A stretch of 28,996 bases of DNA from Rhodanobacteraceae bacterium. GTDB lineage: Bacteria; Pseudomonadota; Gammaproteobacteria; Xanthomonadales; Rhodanobacteraceae. Of the stretch, positions 8,621 to 16,906 are shown one piece after another. Where the stretch lies: positions 1 through 28,996 of the forward strand of contig JBDTAJ010000200.1 of the NCBI GenBank assembly GCA_039924705.1. Reading direction: 5' to 3'. The first letter of the stretch is position 1. Each line of letters begins with the position of its first letter. The notes beneath the pieces were generated by a model. It was not told the origin of the DNA. It ran no database searches and saw only the letters and a program-made list of their open reading frames with translations. Both the position numbers and the translations under genes were made by a program.

Positions 8621-10035
8621 AGCTCATTGCCGAGATGCTCGTCCTCGATGCCGGCGTCGATCGACGGGTTGTCGTTGACCTCGATTACCACGGTTCGCTC
8701 GCGGGTTTGTTTGATATCGACGCCATACAAACCGTCGCCGATCGGTTGTGTCGCGCGCAATGCCAGCTTGATCACATCTTGCGGCGCGTCGTTGACCGCC
8801 AGCGTGTCGAAGCCGCCGGATTTCGCATTGCCCCGCGCGGCGTGGTTGTAGATTTGCCAGTGCCCGCGCGACATGTAATAGCGGCAGGCGTACAGCGGTT
8901 CGCGATTCAACACGCCGACGCGCCAGTCGAACTCGGTGTAGAGGAACTCCTGCACGATCAGGAGCGCCGTGCTTTGGAATAACTGCGCCGCCGCGCGTTC
9001 CAGTTCGGCCGCGTCCTCGACCTTGACCACGCCGCGCGAAAACGATCCGTCGGGAATCTTCAACACCAGCGGGAAGCCGAGCTTGTCCGGCAACTCCTTC
9101 AACTGTTTCGGATCATCGCGATAGAGGATTTCCGAGCGCGGCACCGCGATTTTTTTCGCACGCAACAAATCGTGCAGATAGATCTTGTTGGTGCAACGCA
9201 GAATCGAAGTCGGGTCGTCCATCACCACCATGCCCTCCTTCTCCGCCTTGTGCGCGAAGCGATAGGTATGGTCGTCGGGCGCGGTGGTTTCGCGGATGAA
9301 GAGGCCGTCGTATTCGGCCAGCCGGGTGTAGTCGTTCTTGCCGATCGGATCGACTTCGATACCGGTCTCCTTGCCGGCGGCAACGAACGCCTTTTGTGCA
9401 CGCGCATTCGACGGCGGCATCGCCTCAGCCGGATCGACCAGCATCGCCAAGTCATAACGGTATTGCCGACGCGCGCGCGGCTTGCGCCACAGGCGTTTGG
9501 TGAAGGCATCCAGCGTTTGGGCGAACGCATCTTCCTGCGCATCGTCCAGAGTGTGCAGTCCGACCGGTTTGATCGCGCTGATCTGCCAGACCCGCTCGCG
9601 TTCGAACTCGATGCGCAACAACGGACACGGATACATCTCGAACACCTGCCGCGCCAGATCCTGTAACGCCGGGTACGATGTCTCGCCGAAATAGACCAGG
9701 ATGCCGAAGTCGGTGGTGTCGCGTCCGCCGGCGGGGAGAAAGTTCGCGAGTTTCTGGTTCAAGTCATCGACATCGAGGCCGTACAACGAACGCCGGCGCA
9801 GATCGTTGATGGTGCGCACCGAGGGGATCACGCGATGCCCGCGCGCCTCACCCAGCAGCGAGACGTAATGCCCGGTGCCCAGATACTTGTAATTGCGGCA
9901 CAGGTTGATGACGTGGGCGCGCTCGTCGCCGCCGACCGGCTCGCGCAGGTAGTCCATCGCGCTCACCACGTTGTCGGACGGGTAGTAGGAGCCCCAATCG
10001 GAAGCTTTCTCCACCACGATCACCAGCCGGCTCAT
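8554..10035 (-). CDS. RimK-like ATP-grasp ligase with N-terminal RLAN domain
   Basis: 493 aa from MSRLVIVVE, SD AGGA. RLAN-type VINLCRNYKYLGTGHYVSLLGEARGHRVIPS. ATP-grasp motifs LKIPDGSFSRGVVKV, DWRVGVL, YGVDIK, VIEVNDNPSID. Confidence 0.9.
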   Translation of the reverse strand: MSRLVIVVEKASDWGSYYPSDNVVSAMDYLREPVGGDERAHVINLCRNYKYLGTGHYVSLLGEARGHRVIPSVRTINDLRRRSLYGLDVDDLNQKLANFLPAGGRDTTDFGILVYFGETSYPALQDLARQVFEMYPCPLLRIEFERERVWQISAIKPVGLHTLDDAQEDAFAQTLDAFTKRLWRKPRARRQYRYDLAMLVDPAEAMPPSNARAQKAFVAAGKETGIEVDPIGKNDYTRLAEYDGLFIRETTAPDDHTYRFAHKAEKEGMVVMDDPTSILRCTNKIYLHDLLRAKKIAVPRSEILYRDDPKQLKELPDKLGFPLVLKIPDGSFSRGVVKVEDAAELERAAAQLFQSTALLIVQEFLYTEFDWRVGVLNREPLYACRYYMSRGHWQIYNHAARGNAKSGGFDTLAVNDAPQDVIKLALRATQPIGDGLYGVDIKQTRERTVVIEVNDNPSIDAGIEDEHLGNELYRRVMQEFLRRMERKRTGVNA

Positions 10036-10193
10036 CGTATTGCTTTCCTGATCGTGCCGGCGCGCAAGCACGTGGCTCGGCATCCTGTGCGGGCGCACAG
10101 TGTAGGCGCTACCTGAGGGGCTGAATAGAAGTCGGCCTTTGGAAATGCCGCGAACGCGTCCGGGCTTGAGCAGCCAGGCGCACCGCGCCGCAC

Positions 10194-10223
10194 TTGCGGC
10201 ACCCGGTACGTGCCGCCTAACCT
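10194..10223 (+). promoter_or_regulatory. Putative sigma70 promoter TTGCGG-18-TAACCT, 6 nt before the GNAT ATG (leaderless-type)
   Basis: TTGCGG at 10194-10199, TAACCT at 10218-10223, ATG at 10230. No SD. Confidence 0.5.
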
Positions 10224-10229
10224 CGCCCT

Positions 10230-10697
10230 ATGAGCGCCCCGCATCGACCGACACCAAGCATCCGCGCCGCGCGCCGCGACGATCTCAATACCCTGTTGGA
10301 ACTCGAGCACGCCAGCTTCGACCACGACCGCGTCAGCCGGGCGCAGTTTCGCAGGCATTTGACCAACGCCAACGCCTGCGTGCTGGTCGCCGAAGACACC
10401 GACGCGGTGCGCGGTTGCGCACTGCTGTTCTTCCGACGCGACTCGCGTCAGGCGCGGCTGTATTCGATCGCGATTGCGCACCCCGCGCGCGGACGAGGGC
10501 TGGGCGCAGCGTTACTGCAAGCCGCGGAGCGTGAGGCGCGTGCTCGCGATTGCGACACGCTACGGCTGGAAGTGCGCACCGACAATGCGCCCGCGATCAG
10601 ACTCTACGAACGTCACGGCTACCTGCGCGGCGCGCGCGAGTCGGGTTTTTACGAAAACGGCGCGGACGCGTGGCGGTACGTCAAAACGCTGGATTGA
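10230..10697 (+). CDS. GNAT N-acetyltransferase (RimI-like)
   Basis: 155 aa. RLYSIAI...ARGRGLGAALL (acetyl-CoA motif A), LEVRTDNAPAIRLYERHGY. Confidence 0.9.
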   Translation: MSAPHRPTPSIRAARRDDLNTLLELEHASFDHDRVSRAQFRRHLTNANACVLVAEDTDAVRGCALLFFRRDSRQARLYSIAIAHPARGRGLGAALLQAAEREARARDCDTLRLEVRTDNAPAIRLYERHGYLRGARESGFYENGADAWRYVKTLD

Positions 10698-10739
10698 ATC
10701 CGGCCGCTATACTGCGCGCGTTCCATGGAGCCCATCCCT

Positions 10740-10961
10740 ATGCGCCGCTTGACCGTTTCGGTTGCGTCAATTCTCGCGTTCGCCACGCTCGCCGGCTGCG
10801 GCCAGAAGGGTCCGCTGGTGCGGCCCACGCCCGCGCCTTCCACGCAACCCACGCAACCCACGCAACCCGCGCACCCGGTACCCGCACCGGACGTTCCGCC
10901 GCCGTCGTCGCCGGAGATGAACACCTTGCCCGTCCCCGATTCGGGCAGCGGCGGCGGCTGA
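10740..10961 (+). CDS. lptM: Small outer-membrane lipoprotein, LptM/YifL (LppL) family
   Basis: Signal peptide, lipobox LAG-C, then GQKGPL. Canonical position directly upstream of dapF. GGAG 9 nt upstream. Confidence 0.82.
   Translation: MRRLTVSVASILAFATLAGCGQKGPLVRPTPAPSTQPTQPTQPAHPVPAPDVPPPSSPEMNTLPVPDSGSGGG
10842..10868 (+). repeat. Three perfect 9-bp tandem repeats (ACGCAACCC) encoding (TQP)3
   Basis: ACGCAACCC at 10842, 10851 and 10860, plus a degenerate fourth copy. Confidence 0.85.
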
Positions 10962-10972
10962 GGCTCGAATAA

Positions 10973-11803
10973 ATGCCGTTGCGCTTCACCAAGATGCACG
11001 GGCTCGGCAACGACTTCGTGGTGCTGGACGCGCGCGTCACGCCGTTGGAACTCACCGTTGCCAGAGTCCGCGCGCTGGCCGATCGCCGTACCGGTATCGG
11101 CTTCGACCAGTTGCTGATCCTGGAACCTTCGCGCGATCCGTCCTGCGACGCCGCTTATTCGATCCGCAATGCCGACGGCGGCGACGCGCAGCAATGCGGT
11201 AACGGTGTGCGCTGTCTCGCCGCATGGTTGCATCGCGATGGCGCGCTTCCCGGCGACACCGCGCGCCTGCAAGGGCCGGACGGCGTGGTGGATGCGCGCC
11301 TGCTCGACGATGGCCGCGTCGCGGTCGACATGGGCGAGCCGATATTCGAGCCTGCGCGCATTCCGTTCGACGCGCAATCGCAAGCGCTCAGTCACGCGCT
11401 GGACGTGGATGGCGAGTGCGTGACCCTGAGCATTGTGTCGATGGGTAATCCACACGCGGTGGTCGTTGTCGATGACATCGACAACGCGACGGTGGATCGG
11501 CTCGGCCCGCTGATCACCGCGCACCCGCGTTTCCCGAATGGTGCCAACGCGGGCTTCGCGCAGGTGCTCGATGCGCGCACGGTCCGGCTGCGCGTGCACG
11601 AACGCGGCGCGGGTTGGACGCGCGCCTGCGGCAGCGGCGCGTGTGCGGCGGTCGCGGCATTGCACAAGCTTGGCCGTGTCGGCGAACGCGTGCGGGTCGA
11701 ACTGTCTGGCGGCGCGCTGGAGATCGACTGGGTGGGTCCGGAGCGCGCGCTTTGGATGACCGGACAGGCGACCTTCGTCTATGACGGGGAGCTGTTTGCT
11801 TGA
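10973..11803 (+). CDS. dapF: Diaminopimelate epimerase
   Basis: KMHGLGNDF, QCGNG, SMGNPH, ERGAG..RACGSGAC. Confidence 0.96.
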   Translation: MPLRFTKMHGLGNDFVVLDARVTPLELTVARVRALADRRTGIGFDQLLILEPSRDPSCDAAYSIRNADGGDAQQCGNGVRCLAAWLHRDGALPGDTARLQGPDGVVDARLLDDGRVAVDMGEPIFEPARIPFDAQSQALSHALDVDGECVTLSIVSMGNPHAVVVVDDIDNATVDRLGPLITAHPRFPNGANAGFAQVLDARTVRLRVHERGAGWTRACGSGACAAVAALHKLGRVGERVRVELSGGALEIDWVGPERALWMTGQATFVYDGELFA

Positions 11804-11864
11804 ATCATCCCATTGCATGCGCGTGGGCGAATGCGCACTATGCTTCGCAATGCCGCACGGAAAC

Positions 11865-12047
11865 AGGATCTGTTCGCAATTAGCCAAACGGGCCGCGCCG
11901 TCGGCCCTTTGCCTGCAGGGCAACGCATCACGAGGAAGATGTATGTCGATACATAGACGAGTGATAACGCAGCCATGCGGGCAGAGGGCCCCGGCCCGAA
12001 GGGTTGCTGCGCAACGCGGCTCACTTGGCTGACTGCGAACAGACCCT
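11865..12047. repeat. ~183-bp long imperfect palindrome (MITE-like element or structured RNA)
   Basis: 11865-11897 pairs with 12015-12047, 11903-11917 with 11976-11990, 11927-11931 with 11961-11965. Apical ATGTAT-gtcg-ATACAT at 11939-11954. Confidence 0.75.
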
Positions 12048-12048
12048 C

Positions 12049-12732
12049 ATGTCCGACATAACTTTGAAGGCTGGCTTGGAAGCGATGGATGTCGCCGATT
12101 ATCTGCGCCGCCATCCGCAATTCCTCAAGGACTTCCCCGCTCTCGCCCAGGAACTGGTGATCCCGCGCGAACATGGCCCGGCATCGTCGTTGACCGCGTA
12201 TCAACTCGAAGCGCTGCGTGCGCGCAACGAGGAGTTGATGCAACGGCTAACCGCTCTGATAGCGATCGCCGCCGACAACGAACAACTGATGGTGCGCGTG
12301 CACTCGCTCACCATCGGACTGCTGCGCGCGAATACGCTCATCGAAACCTGCCGCAGTTTCGTCGCCGCGCTCAACGAGGATTTCCACACCGATTTGGTGT
12401 GTCTCGCGCTGTTCCGCGGCGACTCCGAGTTGCCGAAAGCCGATTGGCTGTTGGCGTTACCGCAAGGCAAAAATTCGCTGCCGCAATTCACCGAATTCCT
12501 AGCCCGTGGCGAACCGCTATGCGGAAGACTGGCGCAAGACAAGCTCGATCGCCTGTTTGGCGCGCGCGCGCATAAGGTGCAATCGTGCGCGTTGTTGAAG
12601 ATCGGCGATGATGGCTTGCTCGCGATCGGCAGCGAGGGCGTCAACCGTTTCCATCCCGGCATCGGCACGATTTTCCTGAAACTGATCGCACAAGCTTTGC
12701 TAGCTGCACTGCAGCGTTTCCCGGTCGATTGA
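12049..12732 (+). CDS. DUF484 (YigA) family protein
   Basis: MSDITLK...VADYLRRHPQF, SLTAYQLEALRARN, F.PGIGT.FL. Canonical position between dapF and xerC. Confidence 0.9.
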   Translation: MSDITLKAGLEAMDVADYLRRHPQFLKDFPALAQELVIPREHGPASSLTAYQLEALRARNEELMQRLTALIAIAADNEQLMVRVHSLTIGLLRANTLIETCRSFVAALNEDFHTDLVCLALFRGDSELPKADWLLALPQGKNSLPQFTEFLARGEPLCGRLAQDKLDRLFGARAHKVQSCALLKIGDDGLLAIGSEGVNRFHPGIGTIFLKLIAQALLAALQRFPVD

Positions 12733-13637
12733 ATGCGATGACCGAGCCGCTCGCCGCCGCGGTGATGCGCTTTCTGGAATACCTTAGAAGCGAGCGCCGC
12801 TACGCATCGGGCACGATCGTCAATTACCAGCGCGCGTTGGATACGCTGCAAACTTTCGTCAACTCAATCGGCATCGCGCATTGGCGCGAGTTGCGCGGCG
12901 AACAGTTGCAGACATTGGTTGCCAACGAGCATCGCCGCGGCTTGAGCTCCGCCAGCCTGCGCGCGATACTGTCGGCGTATCGCAGCTTCTTCCATTTTCT
13001 CGCGCGCAACGGCGAGGTCGGCGCCAATCCCGCGCTCGGCGTGCGCTCACCCAAGGTGCGCCGTAAATTGCCGCAGGTGCTGGATGTGGATGAGGTCGGC
13101 GCGCTGGTCGAGTTTCCCGCCGACGATCCGGAAGCGGTGCGCGATCGCGCGTTGCTGGAACTGCTGTATTCCAGCGGACTGCGCGTATCGGAACTGTGCG
13201 GCGTGCGCTGGCGCGATCTGGATGCGGGCGAAGGATTGCTGCGCGTCACCGGCAAGGGATCGAAAACGCGGATCGTGCCGGTCGGCAGCCGCGCGTTGGA
13301 AGCACTGGCCGCATTGCGCGAACAGGATTCCCCCGGTCCGGAAGACCCGCTGGTGCGCGGACGCCACGGCCAACCGCTGACGCCCGGTGCGGTGCGCTCG
13401 CGGATCAAGCACCGCGCGCGCGAACAGGGTGTATGGAAGCGCGTGTATCCGCATCTGCTGCGGCATTCCTGCGCTTCGCACCTGCTGGAATCCTCGGGCG
13501 ACTTGCGCGCGGTGCAGGAACTGCTCGGCCACGCAGATATCAGCACCACCCAGATCTACACGCATCTGGATTTCCAGTACCTAGCCAAGGTGTACGACGC
13601 AGCGCATCCGCGGGCGAAACGGAAAGCCAAGGGATGA
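12729..13637 (+). CDS. xerC: Tyrosine recombinase XerC (start at 12729 or 12738)
   Basis: [47 protein letters not shown]. dapF-DUF484-xerC synteny. Confidence 0.95.
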   Translation: MNAMTEPLAAAVMRFLEYLRSERRYASGTIVNYQRALDTLQTFVNSIGIAHWRELRGEQLQTLVANEHRRGLSSASLRAILSAYRSFFHFLARNGEVGANPALGVRSPKVRRKLPQVLDVDEVGALVEFPADDPEAVRDRALLELLYSSGLRVSELCGVRWRDLDAGEGLLRVTGKGSKTRIVPVGSRALEALAALREQDSPGPEDPLVRGRHGQPLTPGAVRSRIKHRAREQGVWKRVYPHLLRHSCASHLLESSGDLRAVQELLGHADISTTQIYTHLDFQYLAKVYDAAHPRAKRKAKG

Positions 13638-13696
13638 GGGGCGGCTAGCGAGGGCGCATCGAATATCGCGCTCGTGCGCCCTCACCACTCGCCCCT
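13637..13696 (+). terminator. GC-rich nested hairpin after xerC (possible terminator or REP-like palindrome)
   Basis: AGGGGCG/CGCCCCT outer arms, GAGGGCGCA(13650-58)/TGCGCCCTC(13675-83) inner arms. Followed only by a weak TGTTT. Confidence 0.45.
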
Positions 13697-13704
13697 GTTT
13701 CACG

Positions 13705-13733
13705 CTTGCCTTCCCACCAGCTCATCCCCATCT
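13705..13733 (+). promoter_or_regulatory. Putative sigma32 (RpoH) promoter of hslVU
   Basis: CTTGCC(13705-10)-N15-CCCCATCT(13726-33) against the consensus CTTGAA-N13/15-CCCCATnT. hslVU is an established heat-shock operon. Confidence 0.65.
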
Positions 13734-13761
13734 TCGTCTTCCCTGCCCGCGCGAGCCTCCC

Positions 13762-14316
13762 ATGGACTCCTTTCACGCCACCACCATCCTTTCCGTGCGT
13801 CGCGACGGGCGTATCGTGATCGGCGGCGACGGCCAGGTCACGCTGGGCAACACAGTGGTCAAGGCCAACGCGCGCAAGATCCGCCGGCTCGGCAAGGACG
13901 CCGACGTGCTGGCCGGGTTCGCCGGCGCCACCGCGGATGCCTTCACCCTGTTCGAACTGTTCGAGGACAAACTCGCCAAGCACAGCGGCCATTTGACCCG
14001 CGCCGCGGTGGAGCTGGCCAAGGAATGGCGCACCGATCGCCGCCTGGGTCGGCTGGAAGCGATGCTCGCGGTCGCCGACAAGGACACTTCGCTCTTGATC
14101 TCCGGCAACGGTGACGTGCTGGAACCCGAGCACGGCCTGATCGCGATCGGCTCCGGCGGCCCCTACGCGCAAGCCGCCGCGCTCGCGCTGCTGCAGAACT
14201 CGCAGCTCGATGCGCGCGCGATCGTGGAGAAAGCGCTGGGCATCGCGGGCGATATCTGTATTTATACCAACCGAAACGTCACGATTGAAGAGCTGGAAGT
14301 GGGAAGTGGGAAATAG
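13762..14316 (+). CDS. hslV: ATP-dependent protease peptidase subunit HslV
   Basis: Short propeptide MDSFHA, then [38 protein letters not shown]. Confidence 0.97.
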   Translation: MDSFHATTILSVRRDGRIVIGGDGQVTLGNTVVKANARKIRRLGKDADVLAGFAGATADAFTLFELFEDKLAKHSGHLTRAAVELAKEWRTDRRLGRLEAMLAVADKDTSLLISGNGDVLEPEHGLIAIGSGGPYAQAAALALLQNSQLDARAIVEKALGIAGDICIYTNRNVTIEELEVGSGK

Positions 14317-14418
14317 GAAGTCGGAAAGCATTCGTCGCTCCCACAGTATCTTTGTCTGCCACGAACCATCATTCAGCCCTGCCTACTTCCTACTTCCAGC
14401 TCCCTACTTCCTGCTTCC
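14295..14418. repeat. Inverted arrays of heptamer repeats (GGAAGTR ... TACTTCC)
   Basis: GGAAGTG GGAAGTG GGAAATA GGAAGTC GGAAAGC (14295-14329), facing TACTTCC TACTTCC AGCTCCC TACTTCC TGCTTCC (14384-14418). Confidence 0.85.
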
Positions 14419-14424
14419 GATCTC

Positions 14425-15753
14425 ATGTCCGAACTCACCCCACGCGAAATCGTCAACGAACTCGATCGCTACATCATCGGCCAAAACGACGCCAAGCGCG
14501 CCGTCGCCATCGCATTGCGCAACCGCTGGCGGCGGATGCAGCTCGATCCCGCCTTCCGCGACGAGGTCACGCCCAAGAACATCCTGATGATCGGCCCAAC
14601 CGGCGTGGGCAAAACCGAGATCGCGCGGCGGCTCGCCACGCTCGCCAACGCGCCGTTCGTGAAAGTGGAAGCGACCAAGTTCACCGAGGTCGGTTATGTC
14701 GGCAAGGACGTCGATCAGATCGTGCGCGATCTCGCCGACGTGTCGTACAAACTCACCCGCGATCAAGCCAAGGCGCGCGTGCAAAGCCAAGCCGAGGAAC
14801 GCGCCGAAGAGCGCATCCTCGACGCACTGTTGCCGCATCGCCAGGGTTGGGACGCACAAGTGCCGTCCGACACCGATTCCGCGACGCGACAAAAACTGCG
14901 CCGCCAGTTGCACGAAGGCGCGCTCGACGACCGTGAGATCGAACTGGAGTTTTCCGCGAGCAACGTCGGCGTGGAAATCATGGCGCCACCGGGCATGGAG
15001 GAGATGTCCCAGCAATTGCGCTCAATGTTCGCCAACGTCGGCGGCGGCCGCGCCCAGAAGCGCAGCTTGACGATCAAGGCGGCGCGCCCGTTGCTGGTCG
15101 ACGAGGAAGCCGGAAAACTCCTCAACGATGACGAGTTGCGCGCACTGGCGGTCGAGAACTGCGAGCAGAACGGCATCGTCTTCATCGACGAAATCGACAA
15201 GGTCTGCCAGCGCAGCGACTGGGGCGGCGCAGGCGTATCGCGCGAGGGCGTGCAGCGCGATCTCTTGCCGCTGGTCGAAGGCTCGACCGTGTCGACCAAG
15301 TACGGGCCGGTCAAGACCGACCATGTGCTGTTCATCGCGTCCGGCGCGTTCTCGCTGGCCAAGCCTTCCGACTTGATCCCGGAGTTGCAGGGCCGCTTGC
15401 CGATCCGGGTCGAGCTGTCGGCGCTGTCGGTCGAGGACTTCAAGCGCATCCTGCGCGAGCCGCATAACGCGCTGACCAAGCAGTACGCCGCCCTGCTCGG
15501 CACCGAAGGGGTGACCATCGAGTTCACGGAAGCCGGCATCGCCCGGCTGGCCGAGGTCGCCTGGCGGGTCAACGAGCGCACCGAGAACATCGGTGCGCGC
15601 CGACTGCACACCGTGATGGAGCGCCTACTGGAAAAAATCTCCTTCGAAGCAGCAGACAAAAGCGGCGAAAAACACCTGATCGACGCCGATTATGTAGATA
15701 AAAGCCTGAAAGATCTCGCCGCTGACGAAGACTTGTCCCGCTACATCTTGTGA
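14425..15753 (+). CDS. hslU: ATP-dependent protease ATPase subunit HslU
   Basis: [55 protein letters not shown]. Confidence 0.98.
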   Translation: MSELTPREIVNELDRYIIGQNDAKRAVAIALRNRWRRMQLDPAFRDEVTPKNILMIGPTGVGKTEIARRLATLANAPFVKVEATKFTEVGYVGKDVDQIVRDLADVSYKLTRDQAKARVQSQAEERAEERILDALLPHRQGWDAQVPSDTDSATRQKLRRQLHEGALDDREIELEFSASNVGVEIMAPPGMEEMSQQLRSMFANVGGGRAQKRSLTIKAARPLLVDEEAGKLLNDDELRALAVENCEQNGIVFIDEIDKVCQRSDWGGAGVSREGVQRDLLPLVEGSTVSTKYGPVKTDHVLFIASGAFSLAKPSDLIPELQGRLPIRVELSALSVEDFKRILREPHNALTKQYAALLGTEGVTIEFTEAGIARLAEVAWRVNERTENIGARRLHTVMERLLEKISFEAADKSGEKHLIDADYVDKSLKDLAADEDLSRYIL

Positions 15754-15784
15754 CGAAGGACGGGTCGCGGGTTGTGGTCTCGGC

Positions 15785-15790
15785 TAGAAT
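15785..15790 (+). promoter_or_regulatory. -10 hexamer TAGAAT 6 nt before the ATG at 15797 (leaderless-type)
   Basis: TAGAAT-gacgat-ATG. Confidence 0.6.
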
Positions 15791-15796
15791 GACGAT

Positions 15797-16420
15797 ATGA
15801 CCAAGAGCAATGTGATCCAACTGCCGGCGGTCAGCCCCCGGCTGCAATTGCGCGCGGCGATGGAGCGCAGCGAACTCGTGCGCGTATGGCGCGCTAGCCT
15901 CGAAGAAGGCAGTTTCTGCGGCTACGTCGCCGGCATCGGACTGGAATTTCTGCTGTTATGGGTGGTCGGCGACCAGATCGGCTTCGACGGTTTGTACGCG
16001 ATGCGCTTGCGCGACATCAGCGAAGTCGAGGCGCCGGAAGCCCATCACGTCTTCATCGGCAAGGCGCTGGGTCTGCGCAAGATCCATCCGCGCCTGCCAC
16101 GCGATTTCCCGCTGGACGACCTCGGCCAGGTGATCCGCGCCACCGCCGAGCACGCTGCGGTGATGGGCGTGCATGTGGACAGCGAGGAGGAAACCGAGGT
16201 CTGCTACATCGGCCGCCTGCTCAATATGGAGGAAGATGGCTTCAATCTGCAGGAGATCACGCCCGACGCGGAATGGCTACGCGAACCCTCGTTCTTCGCC
16301 TGGGATGAAGTGTCCACCATTAGCTTCGACGAACCCTACGCGCAAGCGCTGCTCGATGTGGCCGGCCAACCGCCGCGGATCGATCAGATTGGATCGGGTA
16401 TCGGTCGAGTCTTGACGTAG
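15797..16420 (+). CDS. Hypothetical acidic protein with an internal duplication (two Sm/LSm-like beta units)
   Basis: 207 aa, typical codon style. Two units of the form V.V...[FY].G.[VL]...[ED]...L..[VI]..D...[DE][IV]S.[VI]. Confidence 0.75.
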   Translation: MTKSNVIQLPAVSPRLQLRAAMERSELVRVWRASLEEGSFCGYVAGIGLEFLLLWVVGDQIGFDGLYAMRLRDISEVEAPEAHHVFIGKALGLRKIHPRLPRDFPLDDLGQVIRATAEHAAVMGVHVDSEEETEVCYIGRLLNMEEDGFNLQEITPDAEWLREPSFFAWDEVSTISFDEPYAQALLDVAGQPPRIDQIGSGIGRVLT

Positions 16421-16446
16421 CATTTCGGGACTCGAGACTCATTTTT

Positions 16447-16501
16447 CCCCTCTCCCGCTGGCGGGAGAGGGCAGCGAGTGCGCAGCGCGAGCGGGTGAGG
16501 G
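16447..16501. repeat. REP-like intergenic palindrome of the CCCTCTCCC...GGGAGAGGG type
   Basis: Perfect CCCTCTCCCGC-tg-GCGGGAGAGGG (16448-16471), followed by GCGAG...GCGAGCGGGTGAGGG. Preceded by heptamers GGGACTC GAGACTC (16427-16440). Confidence 0.8.
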
Positions 16502-16519
16502 TGGTATTCGAGCACCCGT

Positions 16520-16525
16520 TAAACT
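16520..16525 (+). promoter_or_regulatory. -10 hexamer TAAACT 7 nt before the DUF971 ATG (leaderless-type)
   Basis: TAAACT-gccttga-ATG(16533). Confidence 0.55.
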
Positions 16526-16532
16526 GCCTTGA

Positions 16533-16889
16533 ATGACAACGCCCCGCCCCACCGACATCACCCTGCACCGCGCCTCACACGCACTGGAAGTCGCTTTCGA
16601 CAACGGCGAACGGTTCACGCTGCCCTGCGAATATCTGCGCGTGCACTCGCCCAGCGCCGAGGTGCAGGGCCACGGCCCCGGCCAGCAAGTGTTGGTGCCC
16701 GGCAAACGCGACGTCAACATCGACGCGATCGAACCGGTCGGCAACTACGGAGTGCTGTTGCGTTTCTCCGACGGCCACGCCACCGGTATCTTTTCGTGGT
16801 TGACGCTTTATGAGCTCGGCCGCGACCACGAACGCAATTGGAAAGCGTATCTGGATGCACTGGAGAAGAATGGGTTGACTCGCGATTGA
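16533..16889 (+). CDS. DUF971 / GBBH-like N-terminal domain protein
   Basis: LPCEYLRVHSPSAEVQGHG, PVGNYGV...FSDGHATGIFSW..L. Usual neighbour of hslU. Confidence 0.92.
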   Translation: MTTPRPTDITLHRASHALEVAFDNGERFTLPCEYLRVHSPSAEVQGHGPGQQVLVPGKRDVNIDAIEPVGNYGVLLRFSDGHATGIFSWLTLYELGRDHERNWKAYLDALEKNGLTRD

Positions 16890-16906
16890 TGCGATGTGCG
16901 CCCCGC

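Noticed and set aside
8554-10961. Graspetide (ATP-grasp RiPP) cluster
   Set aside because: There is no precursor with Thr/Ser/Lys-Asp/Glu core repeats and no C39 transporter. The ligase is the RLAN type, and the TQP repeats belong to the lipoprotein.
11930-11960. Possible dif site or integron attC near xerC (ATGTAT-containing palindrome)
   Set aside because: There is no TTATGTTAAAT-type XerD arm and no RYYYAAC/GTTRRRY ends.
11781-12032. 83-aa ORF across the dapF/DUF484 spacer
   Set aside because: It overlaps dapF, has no SD and no protein-like features. The region is better explained by the palindrome.
12729-13637. Tyrosine recombinase as a sign of a prophage or integron
   Set aside because: The sequence and the dapF-DUF484-xerC-hslVU synteny identify chromosomal XerC. 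No phage genes are nearby.
14295-14418. CRISPR array or tRNA/rRNA genes anywhere in the window
   Set aside because: No repeat-spacer periodicity and no tRNA or rRNA signatures were seen. The repeats here are 7-bp microsatellite-type.
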